Of a DNA stretch of 64,000 nt, positions 9,609 to 17,707 are shown piece by piece. The notes beneath the pieces were generated by a model that saw nothing but the letters and a program-made list of their open reading frames with translations, did not search any database and had not been told where the DNA came from. This DNA is from Alphaproteobacteria bacterium UBA6178 (GTDB lineage Bacteria; Pseudomonadota; Alphaproteobacteria; Rickettsiales; UBA3002). How positions within the stretch are numbered: position 1 is the stretch's first letter; each line of letters starts with the position of its first letter. A program made the position numbers and the translations under genes. The stretch covers positions 19,221 to 83,220 of the forward strand of contig DITS01000001.1 in assembly GCA_002422205.1 (NCBI GenBank), written 5' to 3'.

Positions 9609-10634
9609 TTATGCCGCCTTTTTCTGGCGGATGCTTTCGCACCATGCGCCGTTTTCCAAATACCATTCCACCGTGGCGCGCAGGCCCGATTCAAAATTAT
9701 GCGCACGGGTAAAACCCAGTTCGCTTTGTGCTTTGCTGTCGTCAATGGCGTAGCGGCGGTCATGGCCGGCACGATCCTGCACAAAGGTTATCTGGTCGCT
9801 GTAATGCCCGGATGCCGGTGGCACCAATGCTTGTAGCGTGTCGCAAATCGCGTTGACCACTTCGTTGTTTTTACGCTCGGCATCGCCACCAAAGCAATAG
9901 GTTTGCCCCGCCTCGCCCTGACATAAGGCCAGATACACGCCGTGGCAATGATCCTCGACATGAATCCAGTCGCGGATATTTTTGCCATCGCCATAGACCG
10001 GCAAGGGCTTGCCTTGCAGCGCGTTAGTGATCATCAGTGGAATCAGTTTTTCGGGGTGTTGGCGCGGCCCGTAATTATTGGTGCAGTTGGTGATAATGGT
10101 CGGCAATTTATAGGTTTCAAACCACGCACGCGCCAAATGATCCCCCGCCGCTTTCGATGCTGAATAAGGCGAGTTAGGTTTCATCGCCGTGGTTTCGGAG
10201 AATTTGCCCGTTTCGCCCAGCGAGCCATAGACTTCATCGGTGGAAATCTGAATGAACATAAAATCATTTTTCGCGGCACCGCTCAATCCATTCCAGTAAT
10301 GGCGCGCGGCTTCGAGCATGGTGTAGCTACCCTGAATATTGGTCTGGATAAATTCCGACGGGCTATGAATCGAATTATCGACATGGCTTTCGGCGGCAAA
10401 ATGCACCACCGCATCAACGCCGTGGCGGCTGAGCAATTGCGACACCAGCGCGCCATCGCAAATATCGCCTTCCACCAGTTCGCACGCCACCCCGTCCAGA
10501 TTTTCGCGGTGTCCGGCATAGGTGAGTTTATCGAGCACGATTACTTTTTGCCCGCGCGCGGCGCATTGGCGCACAAAGCAGCTGCCGATGAATCCCGCTC
10601 CTCCGGTGATAAGCAATGTCTGTGGCTGACGCAT
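9609..10634 (-). CDS. rmlB: dTDP-glucose 4,6-dehydratase
   Basis: 341 aa. [20 protein letters not shown] and YSASKAA motifs. Confidence 0.92.
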   Translation of the reverse strand: MRQPQTLLITGGAGFIGSCFVRQCAARGQKVIVLDKLTYAGHRENLDGVACELVEGDICDGALVSQLLSRHGVDAVVHFAAESHVDNSIHSPSEFIQTNIQGSYTMLEAARHYWNGLSGAAKNDFMFIQISTDEVYGSLGETGKFSETTAMKPNSPYSASKAAGDHLARAWFETYKLPTIITNCTNNYGPRQHPEKLIPLMITNALQGKPLPVYGDGKNIRDWIHVEDHCHGVYLALCQGEAGQTYCFGGDAERKNNEVVNAICDTLQALVPPASGHYSDQITFVQDRAGHDRRYAIDDSKAQSELGFTRAHNFESGLRATVEWYLENGAWCESIRQKKAA

Positions 10635-10635
10635 A

Positions 10636-10667
10636 AAACCCTCTGATTGAATTGATTGTCAGGGTTT
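10636..10667 (-). promoter_or_regulatory. hairpin immediately 5' of the rmlB ATG that includes its Shine-Dalgarno (possible tonB-operon terminator and/or translational control)
   Basis: AAACCCT(10636-10642)/AGGGTTT(10661-10667) forms a 7-bp stem. On the coding strand the 3' arm is cagAGGGTTTtATG, so the SD-like GAGGG lies in the stem. The T-run is weak. Confidence 0.3.
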
Positions 10668-10703
10668 TACCAAGGCTGCCGCCGCATGGCAAGCAGTGCT
10701 TTG

Positions 10704-11699
10704 TTACATGCCAAAGCGTGTGGGAATCAGAAATTCAATCATATTGCCGCCCGGATAATCGGCAGGGGGCGCTGGCAGCGGGTTGGCGCGCTGAATCATT
10801 TGCAGCGCCGCCTGATCAATCAGATCATAGCCGGTGGGGGTTTCAATCGCGGAGAATTTAATATTGCCCTGACGATCCACGCGGATACGCACCAGCACTT
10901 GCCCTTTTTGTCCCTTTTCGCGTGCGGCATCGGGATAAATTTTATGGCGGTCAATCCATAGCGATATCTGCTGGGTGTAACGGGCCTGAATTTCCTGCGC
11001 GCGCGCTTTGCCATCGGCTGAGCCAGAGGATTGTGGCGCTTCCATTGGCACCGCCGCAATCGTATTGACGGAAGGGCGTACATATTGCGTGGGCTGCGCT
11101 GCAATGGCAGGTAGCGCCTTCGGCGGGTCCTGCGGGCGCTCAGGCGCGGCGGGCAGCGCCACGTCCGACTGCCATGCCTTCGCGGCATCGGCAATGCTCA
11201 TCGTGGCTTTGGGTTCCTCTTTCGCTTTTGGCGGAGCTACCGGGTTTTGTGCCGGGCGCTGACGATCCAGCTGCTCGCTCACGCTCACGCGTTTTTGCGG
11301 CTGGGTTTTCTCTTCGGGCTTTTTTTCTTCCATTTTGGGTAGCATCGGCTTGGCATTGGCCAAATCGCTGATGGTAACCTGAGGCGGTGGTTCCACAGCT
11401 TTATTGCTCACGGCCTTAATATCACGCGGAGCTACCTCCACCGCTTCGAGCGGAGGGGCTTGTGTGGGTGCGCTATCAGGCACCCAATTACCGCCCCCGC
11501 CCAGCTTTAAATTTAACGTACGCACCGGCACTTCCTGCACATCATCCGTTGGCATCAGGCTATATACGAGCAATGCACCCAGATGCACAATCCCCGCCAC
11601 CGCCAGCATCATGGTAAAATGCTGCGAGGTTAAATACACATTGCGGCCCCGAGCAAAGGCCGAGGGAGCAAGGGTTTGCGATGTTGCGGTGAATGCCAT
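10704..11699 (-). CDS. tonB: energy transducer TonB
   Basis: 331 aa. N-terminal TM anchor, long Pro/Lys/Glu-rich spacer, and a C-terminal TonB domain (YPDAAREKGQKGQVLVRIRVDRQGNI...LPAPP). Confidence 0.85.
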   Translation of the reverse strand: MAFTATSQTLAPSAFARGRNVYLTSQHFTMMLAVAGIVHLGALLVYSLMPTDDVQEVPVRTLNLKLGGGGNWVPDSAPTQAPPLEAVEVAPRDIKAVSNKAVEPPPQVTISDLANAKPMLPKMEEKKPEEKTQPQKRVSVSEQLDRQRPAQNPVAPPKAKEEPKATMSIADAAKAWQSDVALPAAPERPQDPPKALPAIAAQPTQYVRPSVNTIAAVPMEAPQSSGSADGKARAQEIQARYTQQISLWIDRHKIYPDAAREKGQKGQVLVRIRVDRQGNIKFSAIETPTGYDLIDQAALQMIQRANPLPAPPADYPGGNMIEFLIPTRFGM

Positions 11700-11705
11700 A
11701 TTGCC

Positions 11706-12104
11706 CTACATCGTCTGTGTGACCAGCGACAAATTGCGCCCGCCTGCTTCTTTGACCACATCCATAATCGCAATCATGCGATCCGCCGAAAGGCGCGAAT
11801 CGGCCTTCACGGTAATAATACGTTCTTTATTCAGCGAAAGCTGTTCCATCAACACTGCCTTTACATCGACAAAGCGCACCAGCTCCTCATTGATGAGGAT
11901 TTCATCATGCTGGCCCAAAATAATCGAGATATGCCCTTCATCGAGCACTTGGCCGCTCATTGCCTCGGGCAATTCCACCTGCACGATATCGAATTTCTCA
12001 ACCGTGCCCGCCACCAGAAAAAATATCAGCAGCAAAAACACTACATTGATCAGCGGAATCAGGCTGATTTCTTTGATCGGTGTTTTGTGGCGTTCAAAAT
12101 CCAT
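11706..12104 (-). CDS. exbD: biopolymer transport protein ExbD/TolR
   Basis: 132 aa. ISLIPLINVVFLLLIFFLV TM segment plus a periplasmic domain. Confidence 0.85.
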   Translation of the reverse strand: MDFERHKTPIKEISLIPLINVVFLLLIFFLVAGTVEKFDIVQVELPEAMSGQVLDEGHISIILGQHDEILINEELVRFVDVKAVLMEQLSLNKERIITVKADSRLSADRMIAIMDVVKEAGGRNLSLVTQTM

Positions 12105-12502
12105 TAAAAATTATCCTGATCAATTTGCACGTTGCGTCCACCATTCAAATATACCAGATCCATCACCGATACCAGCTGCTGCACATTGACATCACGGCCT
12201 GAGAGCAGCAGTATTTTCTGATCGGGATTACTACCCAGCATGCTCATCAGCAGCGCATCCAGCTCTTCGAGGGTGTAGCTTTGGCTGTCATGCAATATGG
12301 TGCCGTCCTGCCGTACCAGCATTTGCATCACTTCCTTGCTATCTATCGGTGCCGCTTTGCCCGAAGGCAAGCTCAGCTCCAGCGATTCTGACATCACAAA
12401 ACTGGTTGAGAGCATAAAAAACACAATCAGCAAAAACACCACGTCAATCAGTGGGGTGAGATTGACTGCGCGTGCGCGGCGTTGTTGACGCTCAAACTGC
12501 AT
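12104..12502 (-). CDS. exbD: biopolymer transport protein ExbD/TolR (second paralog)
   Basis: 132 aa. VNLTPLIDVVFLLIVFFML. 1-nt overlap with the downstream exbD. Confidence 0.85.
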   Translation of the reverse strand: MQFERQQRRARAVNLTPLIDVVFLLIVFFMLSTSFVMSESLELSLPSGKAAPIDSKEVMQMLVRQDGTILHDSQSYTLEELDALLMSMLGSNPDQKILLLSGRDVNVQQLVSVMDLVYLNGGRNVQIDQDNF

Positions 12503-12505
12503 AGG

Positions 12506-13327
12506 CTAGAACCGGTTATAAGACGGATTCAGTAATTTCAGCGTGCTGGTGCTTTGCGGTGTTGAGCGCAAGGTGGACACGGCCTTTTCCTGCTCGTCGA
12601 TGGTTTGGCGCAATGCAGCCTCGCGGTCGAGCAATTCGCGGCGCTGGCGTTCCTGCTCGTTCAGTTTCGCTTGTTCTTCCACGCGTTGCTGTTCCTGCTC
12701 GTTGCGCAGGAAATTATCTTCGAGTGCCAGCACCTGCACCGTCACATCTTTCATCGAGGAGCGTACTTTTTCAATAATGCCATCAATCACATAATAAGCA
12801 CCAATCGCCGGAATCGCGACAGCCAAACCGCCCACCGTGGTTAGCAGCGCTTCCCAGATACCCGCTGCCAGCATCGACGGATCGACGCGGCTGCCCGCTT
12901 CGCCCAGCTTCGAAAAGGCTTTCACCATCCCGATTACGGTGCCCAGCAAGCCCAGCAGCGGTGCGGTTGTTGCCACCATTTCCAGCCCACGCAGATGCGA
13001 TTCGAGATAACGGATTTCCTGAGACCCCACACGACCAATTTCCGATTCGCGGCTGCGCATCGACATATCGCGGTTTTTAATGCAGTCAATCGCCACGCGC
13101 ATGATGCGCGCTACGGGTCCGCGCACCGGCTCTAAAATCCGGCTGGCCTCGGTCAGCTCGCCACGTTTGACGGGTGCCATGGCACCGTCAATAAAGCGGG
13201 TGTTGTAAACGCCCGCGCTACTGAACTGGTAAATTTTGTAAAAAATAACGGCCAGCGCATAGATGGATAACCCCATCAGGATGACCATCACCACACCGCC
13301 TTTTTCAATCAGATCAAGCCCTGACAC
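12506..13327 (-). CDS. exbB: MotA/TolQ/ExbB proton-channel protein with a charged coiled-coil-like C-terminal extension
   Basis: 273 aa. Three TM segments and the conserved ATTAPLLGLLGTVIGM motif. The last ~70 aa are E/Q/R-rich. Confidence 0.85.
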   Translation of the reverse strand: MSGLDLIEKGGVVMVILMGLSIYALAVIFYKIYQFSSAGVYNTRFIDGAMAPVKRGELTEASRILEPVRGPVARIMRVAIDCIKNRDMSMRSRESEIGRVGSQEIRYLESHLRGLEMVATTAPLLGLLGTVIGMVKAFSKLGEAGSRVDPSMLAAGIWEALLTTVGGLAVAIPAIGAYYVIDGIIEKVRSSMKDVTVQVLALEDNFLRNEQEQQRVEEQAKLNEQERQRRELLDREAALRQTIDEQEKAVSTLRSTPQSTSTLKLLNPSYNRF

Positions 13328-13450
13328 GTGATGTATTCCTTATTTTGGATGATTGCTCGCGCTCAACAAACTATGGCAATTCATGACTGTCCGCAACGAA
13401 AAAACCGCAGCTTCGTTAATTTTTGTTAATAATCTGGGGATAACCCCTGC

Positions 13451-13624
13451 TCAGGCTAATTTACGCGCTTCATCTATCAGCATAATCGGAATGCCGTCGC
13501 GAATCGGATAAGCGAGTTTGGCTTCTTCGCTGATCAATTCTTGCGCCTGCTCGTCATAATGCAGCGTTGATTTTGTCAACGGGCAGACAAGCAGTGTCAG
13601 CAATGCGGGGTCCAGTTTGGTCAT
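13451..13624 (-). CDS. Trm112/UPF0434 family small protein
   Basis: Internal Met of ORF 13451..13663. [56 protein letters not shown]. Confidence 0.75.
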   Translation of the reverse strand: MTKLDPALLTLLVCPLTKSTLHYDEQAQELISEEAKLAYPIRDGIPIMLIDEARKLA

Positions 13625-13679
13625 AAAGCCCTTATAACAGGCGCAAAAAGCAGCGTCCAGCATATCCTTTAAAAATGGC

Positions 13680-13707
13680 TTGCAATGTGATTCGAAATCG
13701 CTAAATT
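13680..13707 (+). promoter_or_regulatory. candidate sigma-70 promoter of tRNA-Gly
   Basis: TTGCAA (13680-13685), a 16-nt spacer, then TAAATT (13702-13707), about 20 nt upstream of the tRNA 5' end. Confidence 0.35.
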
Positions 13708-13727
13708 CGCGCTTCTACTTCAAACGG

Positions 13728-13802
13728 GCGGGTGTAGCTCAGGGGTAGAGCGTCACCTTGCCAAGGTGAAAGTCGAGAGTTCGAATCTCTTCACCCGCTC
13801 CA
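13728..13802 (+). tRNA. tRNA-Gly (anticodon GCC)
   Basis: GCGGGTGTAGCTCAGGGGTAGAGCGTCACCTTGCCAAGGTGAAAGTCGAGAGTTCGAATCTCTTCACCCGCTCCA. 7-bp acceptor stem, anticodon loop TTGCCAA, T-loop GTTCGAATC, encoded CCA. Confidence 0.95.
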
Positions 13803-13956
13803 AATTCTCCTTATTTTTTAGGGAGATATTACGCACAAGCCTGCGCTTCTTTTAGTCGATTAATTTCGGGGAAGCGTGGGGGAAGCGCGAGCTTCTAATT
13901 CTCAATGTTTGCAATTTCACTATTGTCGTGCGCCACATAAGCTAATCATATAGTTA

Positions 13957-14739
13957 GTGGGTACAGGAATGCAAAAGAGTTTCACGATCAAAGGCGACTG
14001 CTTCTATCACTATACTGGATGGAATGAATTGATTGGCATTCTGTCAAGCAGGCAGCTTTGGCTGAACCACTACAAATATGTGCGCGGCGATAAAGAAGAG
14101 ATGCTGCTTTCCTTTCAATACATTCGTGAGCGATGCAGGCAAGTGGGGGCTCAGAGAAACAACAGATTTGTGGAAGCAGCAGGACAATCCCCAACGCTTG
14201 GAATGCCAGATGATGTCTATATGACATGCTTCGCTGCCGACGATGAAAACGATCATTTGTGGGAAACTTACGCCAAAAAAGATGGAGTCTGCATAGCGTT
14301 TGATAGCAGTCTAATTAAATCGCTTGAGAGAGCGTTTATTTTGCCTCAGCCAATGGAATATGATTGGACGAAATTCAAGAACCATGCCGATGAATCGATT
14401 TTAATGGCCTGCGAATTCTCATCTATTGAGCAGATCGAACAAGTTATCACTCCAGTTTTATTAATGGCGATTCGGATGAAAAATGCCGACTACTTCAAAG
14501 AACAAGAACTCCGCCTGCTACACGTCCCAAAGCTTTTTGATAGCCCGTTCAGCGGTTTCCATTCGCCACTCCAGCCCCTTGAAAATGATCCCAGCAAAAG
14601 GTTTATCGATCTATCCGGCTATGATGGCTTGGGTATCAAAGGCATATTTCTCAACACAGGTTTTGATAAAAATGCTGAGTTAGTTGTTTTACTTCGCGAC
14701 TCAAATATAAGCCCTAACTTATTGCCACGGATGCAATGA
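13957..14739 (+). CDS. hypothetical protein, DUF2971-like
   Basis: 260 aa (GTG at 13957 or ATG at 13969). FYHYTGWNELIGILSS..LWL, VYMTCFAADDENDHLWETYAKKDGVCIAFD and KNADYFKEQELRLLH match my recollection of the DUF2971 pattern (YHYT...; Cfs...mW..Ya..g.Gv.i.F; K...f..E.E.R). Not verified by HMM. Confidence 0.55.
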   Translation: MGTGMQKSFTIKGDCFYHYTGWNELIGILSSRQLWLNHYKYVRGDKEEMLLSFQYIRERCRQVGAQRNNRFVEAAGQSPTLGMPDDVYMTCFAADDENDHLWETYAKKDGVCIAFDSSLIKSLERAFILPQPMEYDWTKFKNHADESILMACEFSSIEQIEQVITPVLLMAIRMKNADYFKEQELRLLHVPKLFDSPFSGFHSPLQPLENDPSKRFIDLSGYDGLGIKGIFLNTGFDKNAELVVLLRDSNISPNLLPRMQ

Positions 14740-14769
14740 TGCTGTAGTTTCCCTCCAGAGCTATGCTCT

Positions 14770-14915
14770 GGGGCTTTACAACCCCACTATACGCGGCTTG
14801 TGTGGCCGTTATCCACGCTCCTCGATCTTTATGGTCGGGGAGCCGTTGGCGTATGTCCAAGGTTTCCCCCAAAGGCCAGCGGGAACCCCTCGTATAGTGG
14901 TTTTGTAAACTCCCC
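14770..14915 (+). other. 146-nt element with ~21-bp terminal helix (imperfect 24/25-nt inverted ends) enclosing three internal hairpins; candidate structured RNA or MITE
   Basis: GGGGCTTTACAACCCCACTATACG (14770-14793) pairs with CGTATAGTGGTTTTGTAAACTCCCC (14891-14915). The internal stems are CGGC/GCCG, CCACGCTCCTCGA/TCGGGGAGCCGTTGG and GGTTTCCC/GGGAACC. Strand is unknown; + assumes co-transcription with the flanking ORFs. Confidence 0.45.
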
Positions 14916-14946
14916 GATCACCAGCTCCAAATAATATGGGGTTGGT

Positions 14947-15681
14947 GTGTTCGTCGATAAGTATCTGGTTACTCCTTTATATGCCGCTGGCAGCTTATTT
15001 ATACTTTGGTTTGGTAGCTATCTTGGGCTGCTGTCTATCTATCGCTTTATCGCAACATCAGGCCTATCGGTGGCGATTGCGGGTCTGGCGTTGCTCTTAG
15101 CCTTATGGTTCATGCGCCATCTAATATCATGGATAGCTGCGCTTTATGGATTGGCCATTATCGGCTGTTGCGTGCTGCTAATGATACCGCTGGATTATTT
15201 CTGGGATGGAGAATGGGACAGCGCTGCTTTTCATCTACCCGCCATTTTAGCTTTAATGGATGGATGGAACCCGACAGAAGAAGCACGGGATATCATCTGG
15301 CTGAACACCTATCCCAACGGCTGGTGGACGTTATCAGCAACTGCTGCCACGCTGCTGGGTCATCTGGGCTTGAGCGCCGAAAGCGCACGCATCATGAATT
15401 ACCTGTTGCCTCTCATCACGCTGGGACTTGCGTTAGGGTTCGCAGACATTGCTATCAATATCCCAAGCAACGTGATTGATGAAGAAGTTGCGGGGCATAC
15501 TGATGGCATAGAAATCTCTGCTAAGATTGACTTACCTCATGTGTTAGGATGGCAGCTATCCGGCAGTGCTTTTATAAGCAGCGAGAATCTTCATACCATT
15601 ATGAGAAACTGTATAAGTCGCCCTCTCAGTGCGGTGGATATATTATCCAACTTAGAATCCAACCTCAGCGACAACGACTAA
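14947..15681 (+). CDS. hypothetical polytopic membrane protein with an acidic soluble C-terminus (possibly a gene fragment)
   Basis: 244 aa with a GTG start and no clear SD. About 5 hydrophobic helices in the first 170 aa, then a D/E/S-rich tail. Confidence 0.4.
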   Translation: MFVDKYLVTPLYAAGSLFILWFGSYLGLLSIYRFIATSGLSVAIAGLALLLALWFMRHLISWIAALYGLAIIGCCVLLMIPLDYFWDGEWDSAAFHLPAILALMDGWNPTEEARDIIWLNTYPNGWWTLSATAATLLGHLGLSAESARIMNYLLPLITLGLALGFADIAINIPSNVIDEEVAGHTDGIEISAKIDLPHVLGWQLSGSAFISSENLHTIMRNCISRPLSAVDILSNLESNLSDND

Positions 15682-15989
15682 CCAGTGAAATAAAATGAAT
15701 CAAGATAGCGATACGCTTGCTTTTGAAAGACCATTCCCCCAGCACTGCATAACCCTATCAAAAAGAAATTTTCTCACGGGGTCATGATATTATATACTAC
15801 ACCCCCCATGGCCAGAGTACCCCCTCTATCGGGCAATGCTGCGTTCGCATCTTTTGTGAGCGTATCTGTTATTATCAGGCATAGGAATCATTTCAAATTC
15901 CCTGATGTTGGGCATTGAAATTAGTACAAAGTGCTGGTACAATATGTACTAGTTAGAGCTTCTAAACCCTAGGCAAACCAAGGGTTACA

Positions 15990-16021
15990 GAAAGTGGAGC
16001 CGAATCTCATCACCCGCTCCA
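15990..16021 (+). repeat. attR-like duplicate of the tRNA-Gly 3' end
   Basis: GAAAGTGGAGCCGAATCTCATCACCCGCTCCA versus the tRNA GAAAGTCGAGAGTTCGAATCTCTTCACCCGCTCCA. The last 21 nt differ at one position. Confidence 0.75.
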
Positions 16022-16029
16022 TTAAAACA

Positions 16030-16051
16030 GTCGCCTTAGGGCGGCTTTTTT
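16030..16051 (+). terminator. rho-independent terminator (probably the original tRNA-Gly terminator)
   Basis: GTCGCC-TTAG-GGCGGC stem-loop (one G-U pair) followed by TTTTTT. Confidence 0.55.
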
Positions 16052-16248
16052 AAATGGTGTGTACGGGTCAAAGCCCCCATGCCACATGTTTCCTCCCCTC
16101 GTCTTTTCCCCTAAACTTATGATTGCACATCATTTATGTCATTTATTTTGTTCAATCTCGCTGAGAACTGCAGAAAACTTCATTTTTTCTTCACATTTCT
16201 CATGCCTTTTTTCCGCTAAGTAACGGCGTTCAAATATAAGGGGACACT

Positions 16249-17688
16249 ATGAAAGACAGCGACGAATATTACGGCAGCGCCGAAATTATCCAATCGTATA
16301 AGGATGCGCAAAAAAGTGGTGATGCGGATAGCATCAAAGCCACCGGCATGGCATTGGTGGAGCATTACAAAGAAATACGGGGACTTAAAAAACAGCAAGG
16401 CAAACTGCCCGCTTATTATCATGAAGCGAATGTTGTGGATGCGCTGCTGGATTCGATGCAACTGCGCGAAGTAACTAAAGAAACGCCCGATGCGGTGTTG
16501 GAAACACTGGTTGAATGCGAGCGCGTGCATAAGATGACGGACATTGACGCGCTACGCGAAAACCGCCTTGCACCTGCAGCCTATGCCACCACCAAACAAA
16601 CGGAGCTTGATACTCACCCCGCAGAGCCGAATAGTGTTTATTCCAAGATATTCAGATCAGGTGATACGGATGCACCCCACGCCGCGAAGATAGCGTCGCG
16701 CAGTTTTTATTCCAAACATGCTTACGGGCTTTTTCTGCCATGGGAGAACACCCCTTCCTGCATCGTTTATACCGGCCATGTGCCTGCGCAAGGCTCCATC
16801 GCACCCGGTGGCGAAAACTGCGCCTTGCCGGGCAAGCTGTCACAGTTTCGTGATCAGTTGGGCAAAGCCATTGAGCGCCCCGCTTATGTGATGTTTTACA
16901 GCATTTCGAATATTTCACAAGATTTGGCAGGCATCCGGTTGGGGCCGGTATTGCTCGATAAGCTGGCGGGTCATCTGCAGCAGCATCTGCGCTCTGACGC
17001 GCTAACTTTATCCACCCTGTCCCCCATACGCTCCTTCCCCGAATGGGTGGCTACAACCGTATACACAGAAAAGGACACGCGATTTACCCACGATGAGGTC
17101 GAAAAATGTCAGGTCCTCACAGGCATGACGCCCGTGCAATGGCTGAAGTCCGTTATGCCGATCGAGCCTTTCCATAGAGGCAAGCCTGTTACGAGCGACG
17201 AAGCCGCCGCGCTTCAACGAGACGGCAAAGCAGTCACCTATCAGGTGGTGGGCAGCCCTCCCGAGTTTGAGTCGGATGTAGAGCAAGAACTCTTTGATAC
17301 TTTCCGCCGCGATTTATGCGTGGATTATCTGGCCAGCGCACGCAAAAATCGCCGGGGCATGGATAAAGTGGTCGATGATACCGCCGATTTCCACATGAGC
17401 AACGGGGCCTATGCCGGTAATATCGCGCTCCAGTCGGGGGATGCAGAATGGCGCGATGCCGGTGGCGTGATGGTCAATTATGTGTATGACGTGCCGCTCG
17501 CCCAGCCTCAATATCAAAAAGCCTATGAAAAGGACGGGGTGATTTCGATTGATTCATCACTACTGACTCAGTGGGATGAACGCCGATGCCAGATGAATCG
17601 GGCACTGCCTGAAACAGCGGTGCAATCGGTAGAGCCCATACAACATGGCCGTCTTGCAGTGCCTCGATATGCCTCGATGGTACGCTAG
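16249..17688 (+). CDS. malonyl-CoA decarboxylase (MCD) family protein, divergent
   Basis: 479 aa with the SD AAGGGGA upstream. AYVMFYSISNISQDLAGIRLG...LSTLSPIRSFPEW and DFHMSNGAY...GGVMVNYVYD align with the remembered MCD motifs FYSIS..Q.GL.G+.LG...LSPIPGF..W and FHL.NGA...G+M.NY.Y. Confidence 0.6.
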   Translation: MKDSDEYYGSAEIIQSYKDAQKSGDADSIKATGMALVEHYKEIRGLKKQQGKLPAYYHEANVVDALLDSMQLREVTKETPDAVLETLVECERVHKMTDIDALRENRLAPAAYATTKQTELDTHPAEPNSVYSKIFRSGDTDAPHAAKIASRSFYSKHAYGLFLPWENTPSCIVYTGHVPAQGSIAPGGENCALPGKLSQFRDQLGKAIERPAYVMFYSISNISQDLAGIRLGPVLLDKLAGHLQQHLRSDALTLSTLSPIRSFPEWVATTVYTEKDTRFTHDEVEKCQVLTGMTPVQWLKSVMPIEPFHRGKPVTSDEAAALQRDGKAVTYQVVGSPPEFESDVEQELFDTFRRDLCVDYLASARKNRRGMDKVVDDTADFHMSNGAYAGNIALQSGDAEWRDAGGVMVNYVYDVPLAQPQYQKAYEKDGVISIDSSLLTQWDERRCQMNRALPETAVQSVEPIQHGRLAVPRYASMVR

Positions 17689-17707
17689 TCGCTCTGCGTC
17701 ACCTTTA

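Larger units (their letters stand above)
13803..16021. mobile_element. decayed or non-autonomous integrated island in the 3' end of tRNA-Gly (no integrase present)
   Basis: Bracketed by the tRNA 3' end (13768-13802) and a degenerate copy (15990-16021). The interior looks AT-richer by eye and holds two ORFs without obvious housekeeping roles. Confidence 0.6.
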
